DNA from: a virus
Reading direction: 5' to 3' (one strand)
DNA: 64,000 nt
IMG/VR virus record: IMGVR_UViG_2918493637_000007
The notes under the pieces are model-generated. The model did no database searches. It saw only the letters and a list, made by a program, of their open reading frames with translations, and was not told the origin of the DNA. Below, piece after piece: positions 1 through 9,471 of this stretch. Made by a program: the position numbers and the translations under genes. The stretch's first letter is position 1. Every line of letters begins with the position of its first letter.

Positions 1-812
1 AACGGCCGGGCGACCTTGTTCTTGGCGACCACACCCGAGACCTCGACGCCCAGGACCTCGGCGTCCTCGCCCTTGCCCTTCTGGATCTTGGCCGCGGCGC
101 CGAGCATCAGCTTCTGGCTGTCGTAGAAGTAGGGCGCCTCGCCGCCCGGGGTCTTCCGGGGATCACCATACATGACGCCGATCTTCATGCGGATCTGGTT
201 GGTGAAGATCGCGCAGACACCGAGCTCCTCGATGTAGAGGTTGAACGCCGGGAGGTGAGCCGACGTGGCGCGGGCGAGCGCCGTGTTGTCGTTCATGTTC
301 CGGTCGGTCATGTCCTTGTCCTTGCCGGTCTTCATGTCGATCAGCGCGGACTGGGGGACCATCGAAGCGAGGGAGTCGGCCACGAAGCAGATGGGCGCCT
401 CGGGCGCGATCAGCTTCTTGGCGCGGATCAGCTCGGCCGCCCGCACCATGATCGTGAGGCTGTCCTCGAAGGTGCGCGGCTTCTTGTAGAGGAACCGGCC
501 GGGCGTGGTGTCGAGGCCGATCCGCTGGGCGAGCACGCCCGAGAACGATCGCTCGTGGTCCATGAACCCGGCGAAGCCGCCGGCGCGCTGCGCGGCGATC
601 ATGGCGCGCGTCGCGATGGCCGTCTTGCCCGAGGTCGACGGACCGGCCACCTCGACCTGGCGCCCGACGGGGAAGCCACCGTCCCAGCGCGAGGACAGGG
701 CGTAGTTCAGCGGCGCGTAGCCGGTGTCGAGGAACTGGGTGACGGTCGCCTCGTCGTCGTTGCCGCCGACCAGGCCCTCGAGCGCCTTCGCGATGTCTGC
801 TGCCGATGCCAT
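1..812 (-). CDS. recA: RecA/UvsX-like recombinase, 3' end truncated by window edge
   Basis: Manual translation from ATG at 812: MASAADIAKALEG...GRQVEVAGPSTSGKT (Walker A)...FMDHERS...VADSLASM...IFTNQIRMKIGVMYGDPRKTPGGEA (RecA signature). Confidence 0.92.
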   Translation of the reverse strand, partial: MASAADIAKALEGLVGGNDDEATVTQFLDTGYAPLNYALSSRWDGGFPVGRQVEVAGPSTSGKTAIATRAMIAAQRAGGFAGFMDHERSFSGVLAQRIGLDTTPGRFLYKKPRTFEDSLTIMVRAAELIRAKKLIAPEAPICFVADSLASMVPQSALIDMKTGKDKDMTDRNMNDNTALARATSAHLPAFNLYIEELGVCAIFTNQIRMKIGVMYGDPRKTPGGEAPYFYDSQKLMLGAAAKIQKGKGEDAEVLGVEVSGVVAKNKVARP

Positions 813-817
813 TGTGC

Positions 818-1330
818 TCACTCCTCTTCGGTTTCCGAGGCCTCGTCGTCATCGACGAAGCCGACGTCTTCACTGCCGCCCGAGCCCGACACGATCAGGC
901 CGCGGTCGTTGCCCGGGGTGCGCTTGGCCGCGTCGCGCACGTCGCGGCAGAACCGGCCGCCGAGCTCATCCACGGACGGGCGGCCCGCGGGGCGCGCCGG
1001 CGCCGGGCTCGCGCCGATCGGGGCGCCGGGCACCACGGGCGCGGGCGCCGTGGCGAGCTGCACGCCGCCGATCGCCGGGATCGCCCGGTCGAGGGAGAAG
1101 CTCGTGAGGCTCGCCGCCTGCACCGCGGCCAGCGCCTTCGTCTGCCCGGCGGCATTGGCGACGCCGATGAAGCTGAAGGCCTTCACGACGTCCTCGGCCG
1201 TCAGCTTCTCGCCGCTGCGCTCGATCAGCTTCACCAGGGCGGTGATCGAGCGGGTGACGGCGCCAACGCCGGCCTCCAGGTTCTGCTGCGGGGTATTCGG
1301 CCGCGGCGCCTTCTTCTTCGGTATGCTCAT
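818..1330 (-). CDS. Hypothetical protein
   Basis: 170-aa ORF co-oriented and tightly packed; overlaps the exonuclease stop. Confidence 0.65.
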   Translation of the reverse strand: MSIPKKKAPRPNTPQQNLEAGVGAVTRSITALVKLIERSGEKLTAEDVVKAFSFIGVANAAGQTKALAAVQAASLTSFSLDRAIPAIGGVQLATAPAPVVPGAPIGASPAPARPAGRPSVDELGGRFCRDVRDAAKRTPGNDRGLIVSGSGGSEDVGFVDDDEASETEEE

Positions 1331-2358
1331 GCTGCGGCCCTCAAGTCAGTGCTGACTCCACTCAGCGCGCAGAACGGCTCGAGCCAGCCGTCCAGGTCCG
1401 AGAGGAGGGAGTTGAAGACAAGCGCCTCGCACTGCTCGCGCACCGCGTCCGGGTTGAACTCGGGCTTGGTGAGCTTCGGCCGCACGGGCGCGGGGATGTC
1501 GTTGTGCATCAGGTCCATGATGCGCAGGTTGCGGTAGAAGATCTCCCGCTTCTCCTTCTCGGAGCAGAAGTCGGCGAGCTTCTTGGGCACGTCGACCTTG
1601 TGGATCTCGACCGCCTCGAAGAACCCGCGCACGGTGCCGAACTTGCGCACCAGGTCGAAGGCGCCGATCTCGCCGATGCCGCCCACGCCCGGGATCTCGT
1701 CCGAGACGTCGCCCATCAGGGCCTTCGCCTCGAGATAGGCCTGCGGGCTCGGGCAGCCGCGCCACTCGATGTCCTCGACCAGGACGGAGCCGTCGGCCTG
1801 CTTGGTCCGCTTCTGCTTCATGTAGCCGACCTTCTCCGAGAAGTTGGAGTGGGTCACACGCTTCTGCTGGACGGGCGCGTGCCAGGCGACGCCGGGTTGG
1901 ACGAGCTGGAGCCAGTCCTTGTCGCCGGAGATCATCAGGATCTTGGCGCCGGCCGCGATGTCGGGCGTGTAGCGCTTCACCAGGATGCCGGCGAAGTCGT
2001 CGGCCTCGAGGTTGGCGGCCGAGAGCTGCGGCACGCCGCAGGCCTTCATGATCCGGTTGACCAGGGGCCGCTGCGAACGCCAGGAGGCGCGCACATGGGC
2101 GACCTTCTCGTCGTTCTTGGTCACGGGCTTGGCGTCGCGCGAGCCCTTGTAGCCCTCGATTTCCTTCTTCCGCCAGCTATCGCCGTCCCAGAGCAGAAGC
2201 GGGCGCAGTTGGGGATAGGTCGCGACCATCATCCTGATGGCGCGAATTGTCCCTAGAACCCCCTGCGTCTCCTGCTCCCCAACCTTGAGGACCTTGGTCG
2301 AAGTGGCAGCAAAACCGATGTTATTCACGTCGATGAGCAGATGGCCCCGGTGCTTCAT
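1327..2358 (-). CDS. 5'-3' exonuclease / flap endonuclease (PolA N-terminal, T5 D15-like)
   Basis: LLIDVNN, WRKKEIEGYKGSR, LEADDFAG, ISGDKDWLQLV, ALMGDVSDEIPGVGGIGE (H3TH motif). Confidence 0.92.
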   Translation of the reverse strand: MKHRGHLLIDVNNIGFAATSTKVLKVGEQETQGVLGTIRAIRMMVATYPQLRPLLLWDGDSWRKKEIEGYKGSRDAKPVTKNDEKVAHVRASWRSQRPLVNRIMKACGVPQLSAANLEADDFAGILVKRYTPDIAAGAKILMISGDKDWLQLVQPGVAWHAPVQQKRVTHSNFSEKVGYMKQKRTKQADGSVLVEDIEWRGCPSPQAYLEAKALMGDVSDEIPGVGGIGEIGAFDLVRKFGTVRGFFEAVEIHKVDVPKKLADFCSEKEKREIFYRNLRIMDLMHNDIPAPVRPKLTKPEFNPDAVREQCEALVFNSLLSDLDGWLEPFCALSGVSTDLRAAA

Positions 2359-2873
2359 ACGTGCCTCCAGGTGCGACCCTGCCGGATCGCGTCGACTACC
2401 GCCTTCGTCACCCCAAACTCCTTTGCGACCTTCAGAGATGTCGGATGGCCCGCGAGCCGGACCTTGATCTTGCGGGCGACCTCATCCGTGATGCTCGCGC
2501 CCGGATGCCGTTCGCCGATCGGCAGCGTGCCCATCCGCTTTCGGTCCTGGTTGTTCTCCCAGGGCGTGCCCCAGCGGAGGTTCGGAAGCTCGTTGCAGCC
2601 GCTGCCCCGGTTGCCGTGCAGCCCCTTGTGCCCTTCCGGCTTCGGTCCGACGAACGCGGTCAGCACGAGCGTGTGAACGCTGTGGTGCCGGTGCTCGCCT
2701 TCCTTCGAGAGGCAGACCCGGAGGTAGCCCTTGGGGCTCACCTGCTGGCGTAGGCAATGACCGCCTGCCTTCCGGCCGCGGCTATCGACGCGAGCGGGCT
2801 TGCGCACCCGACCCATGTCCGAGACCTCGTAGAGGTCCTCGTAGCCAACAACAGGAAGCCAATTCTCGGCCAT
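2355..2873 (-). CDS. NUMOD4-HNH homing endonuclease
   Basis: N-terminal ENWLPVVGYEDLYEVSDMGRVR (NUMOD4); HTLVLTAFVGPKP...HGN...NELPNLRWGTPWEN (HNH). Confidence 0.9.
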   Translation of the reverse strand: MAENWLPVVGYEDLYEVSDMGRVRKPARVDSRGRKAGGHCLRQQVSPKGYLRVCLSKEGEHRHHSVHTLVLTAFVGPKPEGHKGLHGNRGSGCNELPNLRWGTPWENNQDRKRMGTLPIGERHPGASITDEVARKIKVRLAGHPTSLKVAKEFGVTKAVVDAIRQGRTWRHV

Positions 2874-2895
2874 CAGAGCCTCGCTGACAGGTTAT

Positions 2896-2951
2896 GGGCG
2901 GCAGCCGGGTGAAGCTGCCGCCCAGGTGGAGGAGAGGGCGCGTGCGCCCTC
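2896..2951. other. Two GC-rich hairpins between SSB and HNH genes
   Basis: GGGCGGCAGC-8nt-GCTGCCGCCC (2896-2923) and GAGGGCG-CGTG-CGCCCTC (2934-2951). Confidence 0.55.
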
Positions 2952-2963
2952 CCGTTGCGAGGC

Positions 2964-3893
2964 TCAGACGCCGTCCAGCTCGTCGAGCAGACCGTCCAGC
3001 TCGGCGTCCGGCACGTCGGACCCGAACTCGGCGCCGGTCGAGACCGCCTTCGGGGCGGGCTTCTCCTCGACCACATCGGCCTCCTCGACCTCCTCGACGG
3101 CCGCGGCCGGGCGGGCAGCGGGCTTCGCGGCAGGGCGGGGCGCCGGGGCGGCGACCTCCTCGGGCTCCTCGGCGACGACCGCGCCGGTCAGCAGGCCGGC
3201 AGCGCGCTTCGGGGGCGCGATGGCGAGCGAGATGCCGGTGGCCTGGCCGATGGCGTTGAGCGCCTTCTGCTCGTCGCCGCGGAAGAACTCCTTCTCGATG
3301 GCCTCGAGGAGGTTGATCTCCTTGGCCTTCGTGATCTGGTCCTTCGTGAGCGGCTGGGACTTGAGCGCCGGCATCGGCTCGTAGCGGGTGTCTAGACCCT
3401 TGCCCGAGCGAGTGATGACGAAGTCCATGCCCTCGGTCGGGGACAGCGGATCCACCTCGGAGCCGTATTCCTCGATCATCGACACGATGGTGCCGAAGGT
3501 CGACGGGGTGAGCTCGAGGATCTGCGGATCGGGGCTCGCGTCGGCGCCATCGTGGATGATCGCCTTCACCAGCACCGACTTGCGGGTGGTCCACTCCTTG
3601 ACGAGCTTGACGGTGTCGTCGTCGGTCGCGGCCTTCATCGCCTTGTCGATCGCGGCGCAGATCGGGCAGGCCTCGTCCTTCACCAGATCGTGGCAGCCGA
3701 CGACAGCGACGGGCTTGCCGTTCTGCTCGGTCTTGATCCAGTGGACGCCGAGGTCCTGCCAGAATTTCTCCTCGGTCGCGATCAGGCGAACGCGGGTCTT
3801 GCCCTCTTTGAGCTTGACGAACTTGGAGGTGTTCCGCGTGTAGCGGTTCTTGGCGCCCTTAACGAGCGCCATCATTGCGGGGCTGAGTGCCAT
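2964..3893 (-). CDS. Phage single-stranded DNA-binding protein (gp32-like)
   Basis: KLKEGKTRVRLI...GVHWI...C-x9-CPIC motif, Pro/Ala-rich linker and acidic C-terminal tail (DAELDGLLDELDGV); lies in the recombination cluster. Confidence 0.75.
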   Translation of the reverse strand: MALSPAMMALVKGAKNRYTRNTSKFVKLKEGKTRVRLIATEEKFWQDLGVHWIKTEQNGKPVAVVGCHDLVKDEACPICAAIDKAMKAATDDDTVKLVKEWTTRKSVLVKAIIHDGADASPDPQILELTPSTFGTIVSMIEEYGSEVDPLSPTEGMDFVITRSGKGLDTRYEPMPALKSQPLTKDQITKAKEINLLEAIEKEFFRGDEQKALNAIGQATGISLAIAPPKRAAGLLTGAVVAEEPEEVAAPAPRPAAKPAARPAAAVEEVEEADVVEEKPAPKAVSTGAEFGSDVPDAELDGLLDELDGV

Positions 3894-3983
3894 TGTTCTG
3901 CTGCTTTCGTCTTTGGCGATTTGCGCGGAGCGCTGCTGCCGGTGCTTGGTTGCTTGCTAAGACTTTCATCTGTCGCTGCTCTG

Positions 3984-4010
3984 TTATAGCGATCACCTGT
4001 TGGGTTTTTC
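3984..4010 (-). promoter_or_regulatory. Phage-specific promoter-like motif upstream of SSB
   Basis: Minus strand GAAAAACCCAAC-AGGTGATCG-CTATAA; same 9-nt spacing as four other copies. Confidence 0.65.
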
Positions 4011-4163
4011 GCTAATTCGCGCATTCTCGAATGGGAGAATACGGGAATGGGTGCCCTCAGAAGGGCCGGTGCCGGGGCGCCGGCAGGGCCGGGCGCGGCT
4101 TCTTGATCCGGGAGCGGATCCAGAACAGGGGTCCGAGGACCAGGAGGGCGACGCCGACGACCA

Positions 4164-4754
4164 TCACTCGGACTCGGCCATCGTGCGGGCGGCCCGGGCG
4201 CCGACGCGCTCAGCGGCCGACTTGGCGTTGTCGGCCAGCTCGCGCTTGGCCGCCATCGACAGCTCGCCCTTCATCTCCTCGCGGGAGGTGGCGCCGGCCT
4301 GCACGAGCATGTCGCGCCGGTGCCGGAAGGCCTCGAGGGTCGTGTTGGCGACCTTCTCGATCTGCTTGGCCTCGTTCAGCGCCCGCTTGAAGGCGACCAC
4401 CTGCGGGTGCCGGGCGATCTTCCGCTCGACGATGCCCTCGGTGATCTTCTCGCCGAGGACGGCCATCGCCTCGCGGATCTCGCGATCCACCTTGGCTTCC
4501 TGGTTCTCGATGAGGATCTTGATGTTGTCGACCTGGCGCGAGGCCTTGGCCGCCAGCACGCCGAAGTGGGCGAACAGGGACGCCTGATCGGCCATCGCGC
4601 TCGACAGGTCGTTGAGCGAGTAGGCGAGCTTCCCCTTGAGGTCCTCCTCGGCCAGGAAGTCCTTCACCTGGACCTTGCGGACCTGGATCTGCTTCGGGGC
4701 AGGGGGCGTCGGCGGCGTTGCCGATGTCTCGTCGGTCTGGGCTTCGTCGCTCAT
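4164..4754 (-). CDS. UvsY-like recombination mediator (helical)
   Basis: DLSSAMADQASLFAHFG...ITEGIVERKIARHP...TLEAFRHRRDML pattern resembles phage UvsY-family proteins; adjacent to SSB and RecA. Confidence 0.55.
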   Translation of the reverse strand: MSDEAQTDETSATPPTPPAPKQIQVRKVQVKDFLAEEDLKGKLAYSLNDLSSAMADQASLFAHFGVLAAKASRQVDNIKILIENQEAKVDREIREAMAVLGEKITEGIVERKIARHPQVVAFKRALNEAKQIEKVANTTLEAFRHRRDMLVQAGATSREEMKGELSMAAKRELADNAKSAAERVGARAARTMAESE

Positions 4755-4757
4755 GGC

Positions 4758-5006
4758 TCAGACCCGCGGCGGGAACGACCAGGTGCCCGGCTGATCCGGG
4801 CCACCCTCGAGCACGCATTCCGGCAGCGGCTCGGGCTTCCGGCCGGGCGCGAACACCGTCAGCGAGCAGATGTCGCCGCCGTCGCCGGCCTCGAACACGC
4901 CGGTGACGATCGCCGCGTAGGGCTGATCCGAGATCGAGACGCGCTCGGCGTCCCTGGGGTGGTAGTGGACGATGCGTCCGACGCTGGGACGCTGGTGTGC
5001 GGGCAT
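4758..5006 (-). CDS. Small conserved-looking phage protein (PSVGRIVHY motif)
   Basis: ATG at 5006 gives an 82-aa MPAHQRPSVGRIVHYHP...PGTWSFPPRV downstream of an operator and promoter. Confidence 0.7.
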   Translation of the reverse strand: MPAHQRPSVGRIVHYHPRDAERVSISDQPYAAIVTGVFEAGDGGDICSLTVFAPGRKPEPLPECVLEGGPDQPGTWSFPPRV

Positions 5007-5044
5007 GGCTGCCTCCGCTGAGTGAGTAAGTGCTGACTGATCTT

Positions 5045-5070
5045 TTATAGCGAGCGCGCGTCGGGTTTTG
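5045..5070 (-). promoter_or_regulatory. Phage-specific promoter-like motif
   Basis: Minus strand CAAAACCCGAC-GCGCGCTCG-CTATAA, followed by the operator at 5024-5039. Confidence 0.7.
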
Positions 5071-5142
5071 CGTGGGTCGCGCTGGCTTCTGGTGTGGGTA
5101 GCTATGGCCATCCACAGCAAGATAAGTCAGCGCTGAATTGGT

Positions 5143-5169
5143 TTGAAAAATCGACGTTTGTGCTATCTT
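5143..5169 (+). promoter_or_regulatory. Sigma70-like promoter for the putative ncRNA
   Basis: TTGAAA (5143-5148) and extended -10 TGcTATCTT (5161-5169); operator at 5124-5139 immediately upstream. Confidence 0.5.
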
Positions 5170-5175
5170 AGGGGG

Positions 5176-5530
5176 TGAGGGACGCAGGTGGCCGCCCGCG
5201 TCCCTCGGTGTTGGTAGCTGGCAGCGCTACTCGTTACATGAGCCCGAGCGTGATGGTCACAGACCACTCACCGCTCGGGTTTCGTGTAACCGTGACCCGC
5301 AGAAGCGGGATCATCAGCACATTGCATCACCTCCTCCCCTGCCTTCTCAAGACGGCGGCGGCACTCGCCGTTAACCCTCGGTCCAAGGGGGTCGCGTAGG
5401 GAGGAGACCCAACGAGGCCAATGTAGCAGGCAACTCCGAGTCTACAAAACCGGCCGAGCGTCTCGTCCCCAACATCCACCGTTTTGCGGGGGTCGGCCGT
5501 CTCTTGTCCCCGGTATCCCCAAGAGCGCCT
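5176..5530 (+). ncRNA. Putative structured non-coding RNA with an anti-Shine-Dalgarno segment
   Basis: No credible ORF; at least six stems; G-U pairs form on the + strand (A-C mismatches on -); ATCACCTCCT at 5326-5335. Confidence 0.6.
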
Positions 5531-5584
5531 ATTGACTGACGCATTCTCGGGGCGCGTCGGCCGGTGTGGGCTTGACAGGCGCGA

Positions 5585-8500
5585 TCAGTCGCTCATGAGG
5601 GCGGCGGCCACCTCGAACACCTCGTTGAGCTTCGCCTGCTTGGAGGCGTCGTGGAAGATCTCGCCCGGGGCGAAGCCGATCACGAGATTGGCGTCGAGGC
5701 CCTTGTGGTAGACGACCTCGCCGGCGACCTCGGACGCCTTGCCCTTGAAGTCGGGGATGAACTGCCGGACCGTGGTCGAGCCGAGCAGCACGATCACCGG
5801 CGGCTTGAGGATCTCGATCTCGCGGGCGAGGTAGGGCCCGTAGGTGGCGATCTCGCTGGCCGAGACCTGCTTGCCGGCCTTGGGCCGCTTGATGAGGGCG
5901 GTCCAGTAGGCGTCGGCCCGCGACAGGTCGTTGGCGTCGAGCGCCTCCTGGACCCACTCGCTGACGCAGTAGGAGCCGCGGTTGTCGTAGCTCATGCGGC
6001 CGGAGGTGTCCTCGCCCTTCGAGGGCGCGTCGAGGATCACCATGAAGCGCATGTTCTTGCCCGTGGTCATCTTCACCGGCATGCCGTCCTCGGCGCAGCC
6101 GTCCGAGTAGTCGGCGAACACCTCCAGGATCTTGATCCGGCTGTCCCGGTCGCGGTGCATCTCGCGGCTGATCGGGACGTGGGCCGTGATGAGCCCCGGG
6201 ATCAGCTCGCGCTGGTCCTTGATCCGGTCCGGGTGGCGTCGAGGTAGCTGGCCTGGCTCGATGTCGGCGAAGGCGCCGACCAGGTCGAGGAGCCCGACGT
6301 GCTTGACGTTGCAGCGCCGCCGCTCGACGCGGGCGGTCAGGTCCTCCTTCGACTTGAACGGGCCGGCCCCGTCGCCCCGCGCCTTCAGGATGGCCTCGGT
6401 GGTCAGCGCCGAAATGCCCTTGATCCGGTTGAACGGCATGCACAGCCGCGTGTCGGTCACGATCTCGAACTGGTTGGTCGAGTGGTTGATGTCGGGCAGA
6501 TCCACCTCGATCCCCATCCGCTCGGCGTCCTTCATCAGGCCCGGCAGCTTGTCCTGGGGCATCAGGGTGAGCGCCGCCGCGAAGAACTCCACCGGGTAGT
6601 GGGTCTTGAGATACATCGCCTGGTAGGAGATCAGCGTGTATTCGACCGAGTGGCTCTTGTTGAAGCCGTAGCCGGCGAAGCCCTCGATCTTGTCGAACAG
6701 CAGACCGGCCCACTCGGGCGTGCAGTCCACGGTCGCGACACAGCCCTCGACGAACTTGCCGCGCTCCTTCTTCATCTCCTCGGGGAGCTTCTTACCCATG
6801 ATCTTGCGGAGCTTGTCGGCCTGCGCGCCTGAGTAGCCGGCGATCACCTGAGAGGCCTTCATGACCTGCTCCTGGTAGACGAACACGCCGTAGGTCGGGC
6901 TGAGCACCGGCTCGAGGAGCGGGTGGTCATAGTCCACGCTCTCGATGCCCTGCTTGCGCTTCCAGTAGCTGTCCATCATGCCCGACTCCATCGGGCCCGG
7001 GCGGTAGAGCGCGGTCGCGGCCGTGATGTCGTCGAAGGTGATGGTGCCGTCCTTGCCCAGCTCCTTGAGCAGGCGCCGCATGCCGCCGCCCTCGAACTGG
7101 AAGATGCCCGTGGAGATCGCGCGGGCGAAGTTGTCGAGCACCTTCGGCTCGTCGAGCGGGATCCGCAGTAGGTCGACCTTCTTGCCGCGCCGCTTGCGGA
7201 TGTAGTCGAGGGTGAGCGCGATCAGGTCCAGGGTGTTGAGGCCCAGGATGTCCATCTTCACCAGGCCCTGGTCCTCGACGATGCGCTTGTCCCAGCACAC
7301 CACCGGCAGATCCGGGACCGGCTCCTCGCCCTCCTTCGGCTTCGAGGGCGCCTTGCGCCGCTCGATGACGGCCCGCTCGACCAGATCGACGCCGCCGACG
7401 ACGACGCCGGCCGCGTGCTGCGAGAGGTTGCGCAGGCAGCCTTCGAGCTTCTTGGCCGTGTCCCAGATCTCGGGGTTGCCGGCCGCGAACGCGCCGATCT
7501 CCGTCACCTCTGCGGCGGCCTCGGCGAGCTTGACCGGCTGGCCGTGCTTCTTCGGCACGAACTTGGAGCAGCGATAGAGCTCCTCGTTGAGGCCGAACAC
7601 GCGGCTCACGTCCCGGATCGCCGAGCTGGCGCCCAGGCGCCCGTAGTTCGAGACGCCGGCCACGCGGGCGGTGCCATACTTGCGGATGAGATACTGGAAC
7701 ACCTCGTGCCGGCGCTCGGACATGAAGTCGAGGTCGGCGTCGGGAAGGTCGATACGCTCGGGGTTGATGAAGCGCTCGAACAGGAGCTCGAAGCGGAGCG
7801 GATCGCAGTCGGTGATCCCCATCAGGTAGGCGACGAGCGAGCCGCCCACGGAGCCGCGGCCGGGGCCGACCAGGATCCCCTGGCTCTTGGCCCACACGAC
7901 CACGTCCTGCACCAGGAGGAAGTAGCCCGAGAAGCTGAGGTTCTTGAGCACGGTCAGCTCGTAGCGCAGCCGCGGCTGGTAGACGTCCTTGAGCTCCTGG
8001 TTCGACGGGCGGTGCCCGAACACCGGGGCGGTGAAGCGCTCGTGCCAGCCCTTGGTGCAGGCCTCGACGACCGCCTTGAACTCGTCGGGCGCCATGATCG
8101 GCAGCGAGGGCGCGGACTTGGCCCAGGCGAAGGTGACCATGTCGACGAGGCGCGCGGTGTTCTTCATGCCCTCGGAGAAGCGCCCCTTGGTCGGCACGCC
8201 CCGGAACTCCTCGAGCCGCTTGGCGGCCGCCTTCACGTCGCGCACCAACTCCTGCAGGGTCTTCGGATGCAGGTCGCGCACCGGGTTGAACCACGCCCAG
8301 GGCTCGGTGAGCTTCACGTTGCGGGTGACGGCGTTCATGATGTCGGCCGCGTCGGCGCTGCCCTCCTCGTAGAGGGCGGGCGCGGCGACCAGCGTCGGCA
8401 GGCCGAGCTCCTCGGCGAGCTGGAGCGCCTTGACGTTCTGGGTGTCCCAGTAGGGCGTGTCGATCGGCACCAGCGTGCAGAACGTATTAGACGCGCTCAG

Positions 8501-8992
8501 AGCGTCGGAAATCTTCGTGAGTATCTGTGACGCTGACTTGTGCGCGACGACGCTGTGCGCGTCGCTCGTCGCGATTGCGACGTCTGCCGCAGTCACGTTC
8601 GCAAGCTCTGCATAGAGATCGTCGAAGGAGAGCTTGGCGTTGTTGTAGAAGCGCTCCTCGGAGTTGGCGAGCGACAGCAGGCGGTAGAGCGCCATCAGCC
8701 CGGCCTGGGAGAGAACATACCAGGTCACGAAGAACTCCGGCGGCGCCTTCTTGTCCTCCTTGGTCTTGCGCCAGGTGACGTCGTCCACGAGCCGGAGCCG
8801 GCAGCCGATGACGGGCTTGATCCCGGCCTTCTGCGCCTTCTGGGTCAGCTCGATCAGACTGGTCGCCGACATGGTGTCCGTCACGCCGACGGCCTTGGCG
8901 CCGGCTCCAACGGCCCGGTCCACGAGGCTCTCGATCGACAAGATGCTCTCGCCGATCGAAAAATTGGTGCGAGCCGCTAGGACCGCGTGCAT
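5585..8992 (-). CDS. dnaE: DNA polymerase III alpha (family C) with degenerate PHP and C-terminal UDG-family-4-like domain
   Basis: ATG at 8992 with GGAG RBS; [49 protein letters not shown]; C-terminal [25 protein letters not shown]. Confidence 0.95.
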   Translation of the reverse strand: MHAVLAARTNFSIGESILSIESLVDRAVGAGAKAVGVTDTMSATSLIELTQKAQKAGIKPVIGCRLRLVDDVTWRKTKEDKKAPPEFFVTWYVLSQAGLMALYRLLSLANSEERFYNNAKLSFDDLYAELANVTAADVAIATSDAHSVVAHKSASQILTKISDALSASNTFCTLVPIDTPYWDTQNVKALQLAEELGLPTLVAAPALYEEGSADAADIMNAVTRNVKLTEPWAWFNPVRDLHPKTLQELVRDVKAAAKRLEEFRGVPTKGRFSEGMKNTARLVDMVTFAWAKSAPSLPIMAPDEFKAVVEACTKGWHERFTAPVFGHRPSNQELKDVYQPRLRYELTVLKNLSFSGYFLLVQDVVVWAKSQGILVGPGRGSVGGSLVAYLMGITDCDPLRFELLFERFINPERIDLPDADLDFMSERRHEVFQYLIRKYGTARVAGVSNYGRLGASSAIRDVSRVFGLNEELYRCSKFVPKKHGQPVKLAEAAAEVTEIGAFAAGNPEIWDTAKKLEGCLRNLSQHAAGVVVGGVDLVERAVIERRKAPSKPKEGEEPVPDLPVVCWDKRIVEDQGLVKMDILGLNTLDLIALTLDYIRKRRGKKVDLLRIPLDEPKVLDNFARAISTGIFQFEGGGMRRLLKELGKDGTITFDDITAATALYRPGPMESGMMDSYWKRKQGIESVDYDHPLLEPVLSPTYGVFVYQEQVMKASQVIAGYSGAQADKLRKIMGKKLPEEMKKERGKFVEGCVATVDCTPEWAGLLFDKIEGFAGYGFNKSHSVEYTLISYQAMYLKTHYPVEFFAAALTLMPQDKLPGLMKDAERMGIEVDLPDINHSTNQFEIVTDTRLCMPFNRIKGISALTTEAILKARGDGAGPFKSKEDLTARVERRRCNVKHVGLLDLVGAFADIEPGQLPRRHPDRIKDQRELIPGLITAHVPISREMHRDRDSRIKILEVFADYSDGCAEDGMPVKMTTGKNMRFMVILDAPSKGEDTSGRMSYDNRGSYCVSEWVQEALDANDLSRADAYWTALIKRPKAGKQVSASEIATYGPYLAREIEILKPPVIVLLGSTTVRQFIPDFKGKASEVAGEVVYHKGLDANLVIGFAPGEIFHDASKQAKLNEVFEVAAALMSD

Positions 8993-9471
8993 GGAGATCT
9001 CCGGTTGTTGGCTTGAACTTTTCGGGTGGCCCAGACGCAGTTGCCTGGCTCGTAGGGGCCGTCGTTGTTCTTCCGCTCGATCGTCAGATTGCGCGGGCGC
9101 TCGCCCATGTCGGCGAGGAAATTCTCGAAGGTCTTCCAGTGCTCGCACACGGTGATCCCGCGGGCGCCGTAATCCTTGTAGGACTCGTTGTTCGGGTTCG
9201 TCGTCCGCTGGATCATGTTGGACCAGCAGACGTAGGTGGGTGAGCGCTTGCTGTGCCCGTGCCGGATGGAGCGGGCGCTCGTCGCTTCGTTCTTGGCGCA
9301 GCCGCAGGACGACGTGTGACCGGACTGGAGATCCCGTCCGGCCGCCCTTGCTGAGCCGCCGCAGGTGCAAAGGCACCTCCAAGCGGCGTTGCCACCCATG
9401 ACGCCGTCGCGCGCCTCTACCGTGAGGCGCCCGAAGGTCTGGCCCGTGAGATCGACCAGCCGGCCCATCAT
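8977..9471 (-). CDS. HNH endonuclease (DLTGQxFGRLTV family)
   Basis: [17 protein letters not shown]...WRCLCTCG...TSSCGC...[12 protein letters not shown]...[20 protein letters not shown]. Confidence 0.88.
   Translation of the reverse strand: MMGRLVDLTGQTFGRLTVEARDGVMGGNAAWRCLCTCGGSARAAGRDLQSGHTSSCGCAKNEATSARSIRHGHSKRSPTYVCWSNMIQRTTNPNNESYKDYGARGITVCEHWKTFENFLADMGERPRNLTIERKNNDGPYEPGNCVWATRKVQANNRRSPCTRS

Noticed and set aside
5176-5530. Possible tmRNA, RNase P RNA, tRNA or group I/II intron identity for the structured RNA
   Set aside because: No T-arm/CCA acceptor, no tag ORF ending in AA, no GAGGAAAGUCC, no intron core motifs; the ACAAAACCGGC resemblance to RNase P is partial and misplaced.
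8993-9382. 130-aa N-terminal extension of DnaE given by the ORF track
   Set aside because: It overlaps the HNH gene in another frame; the PHP domain begins at ATG 8992 with a good RBS.
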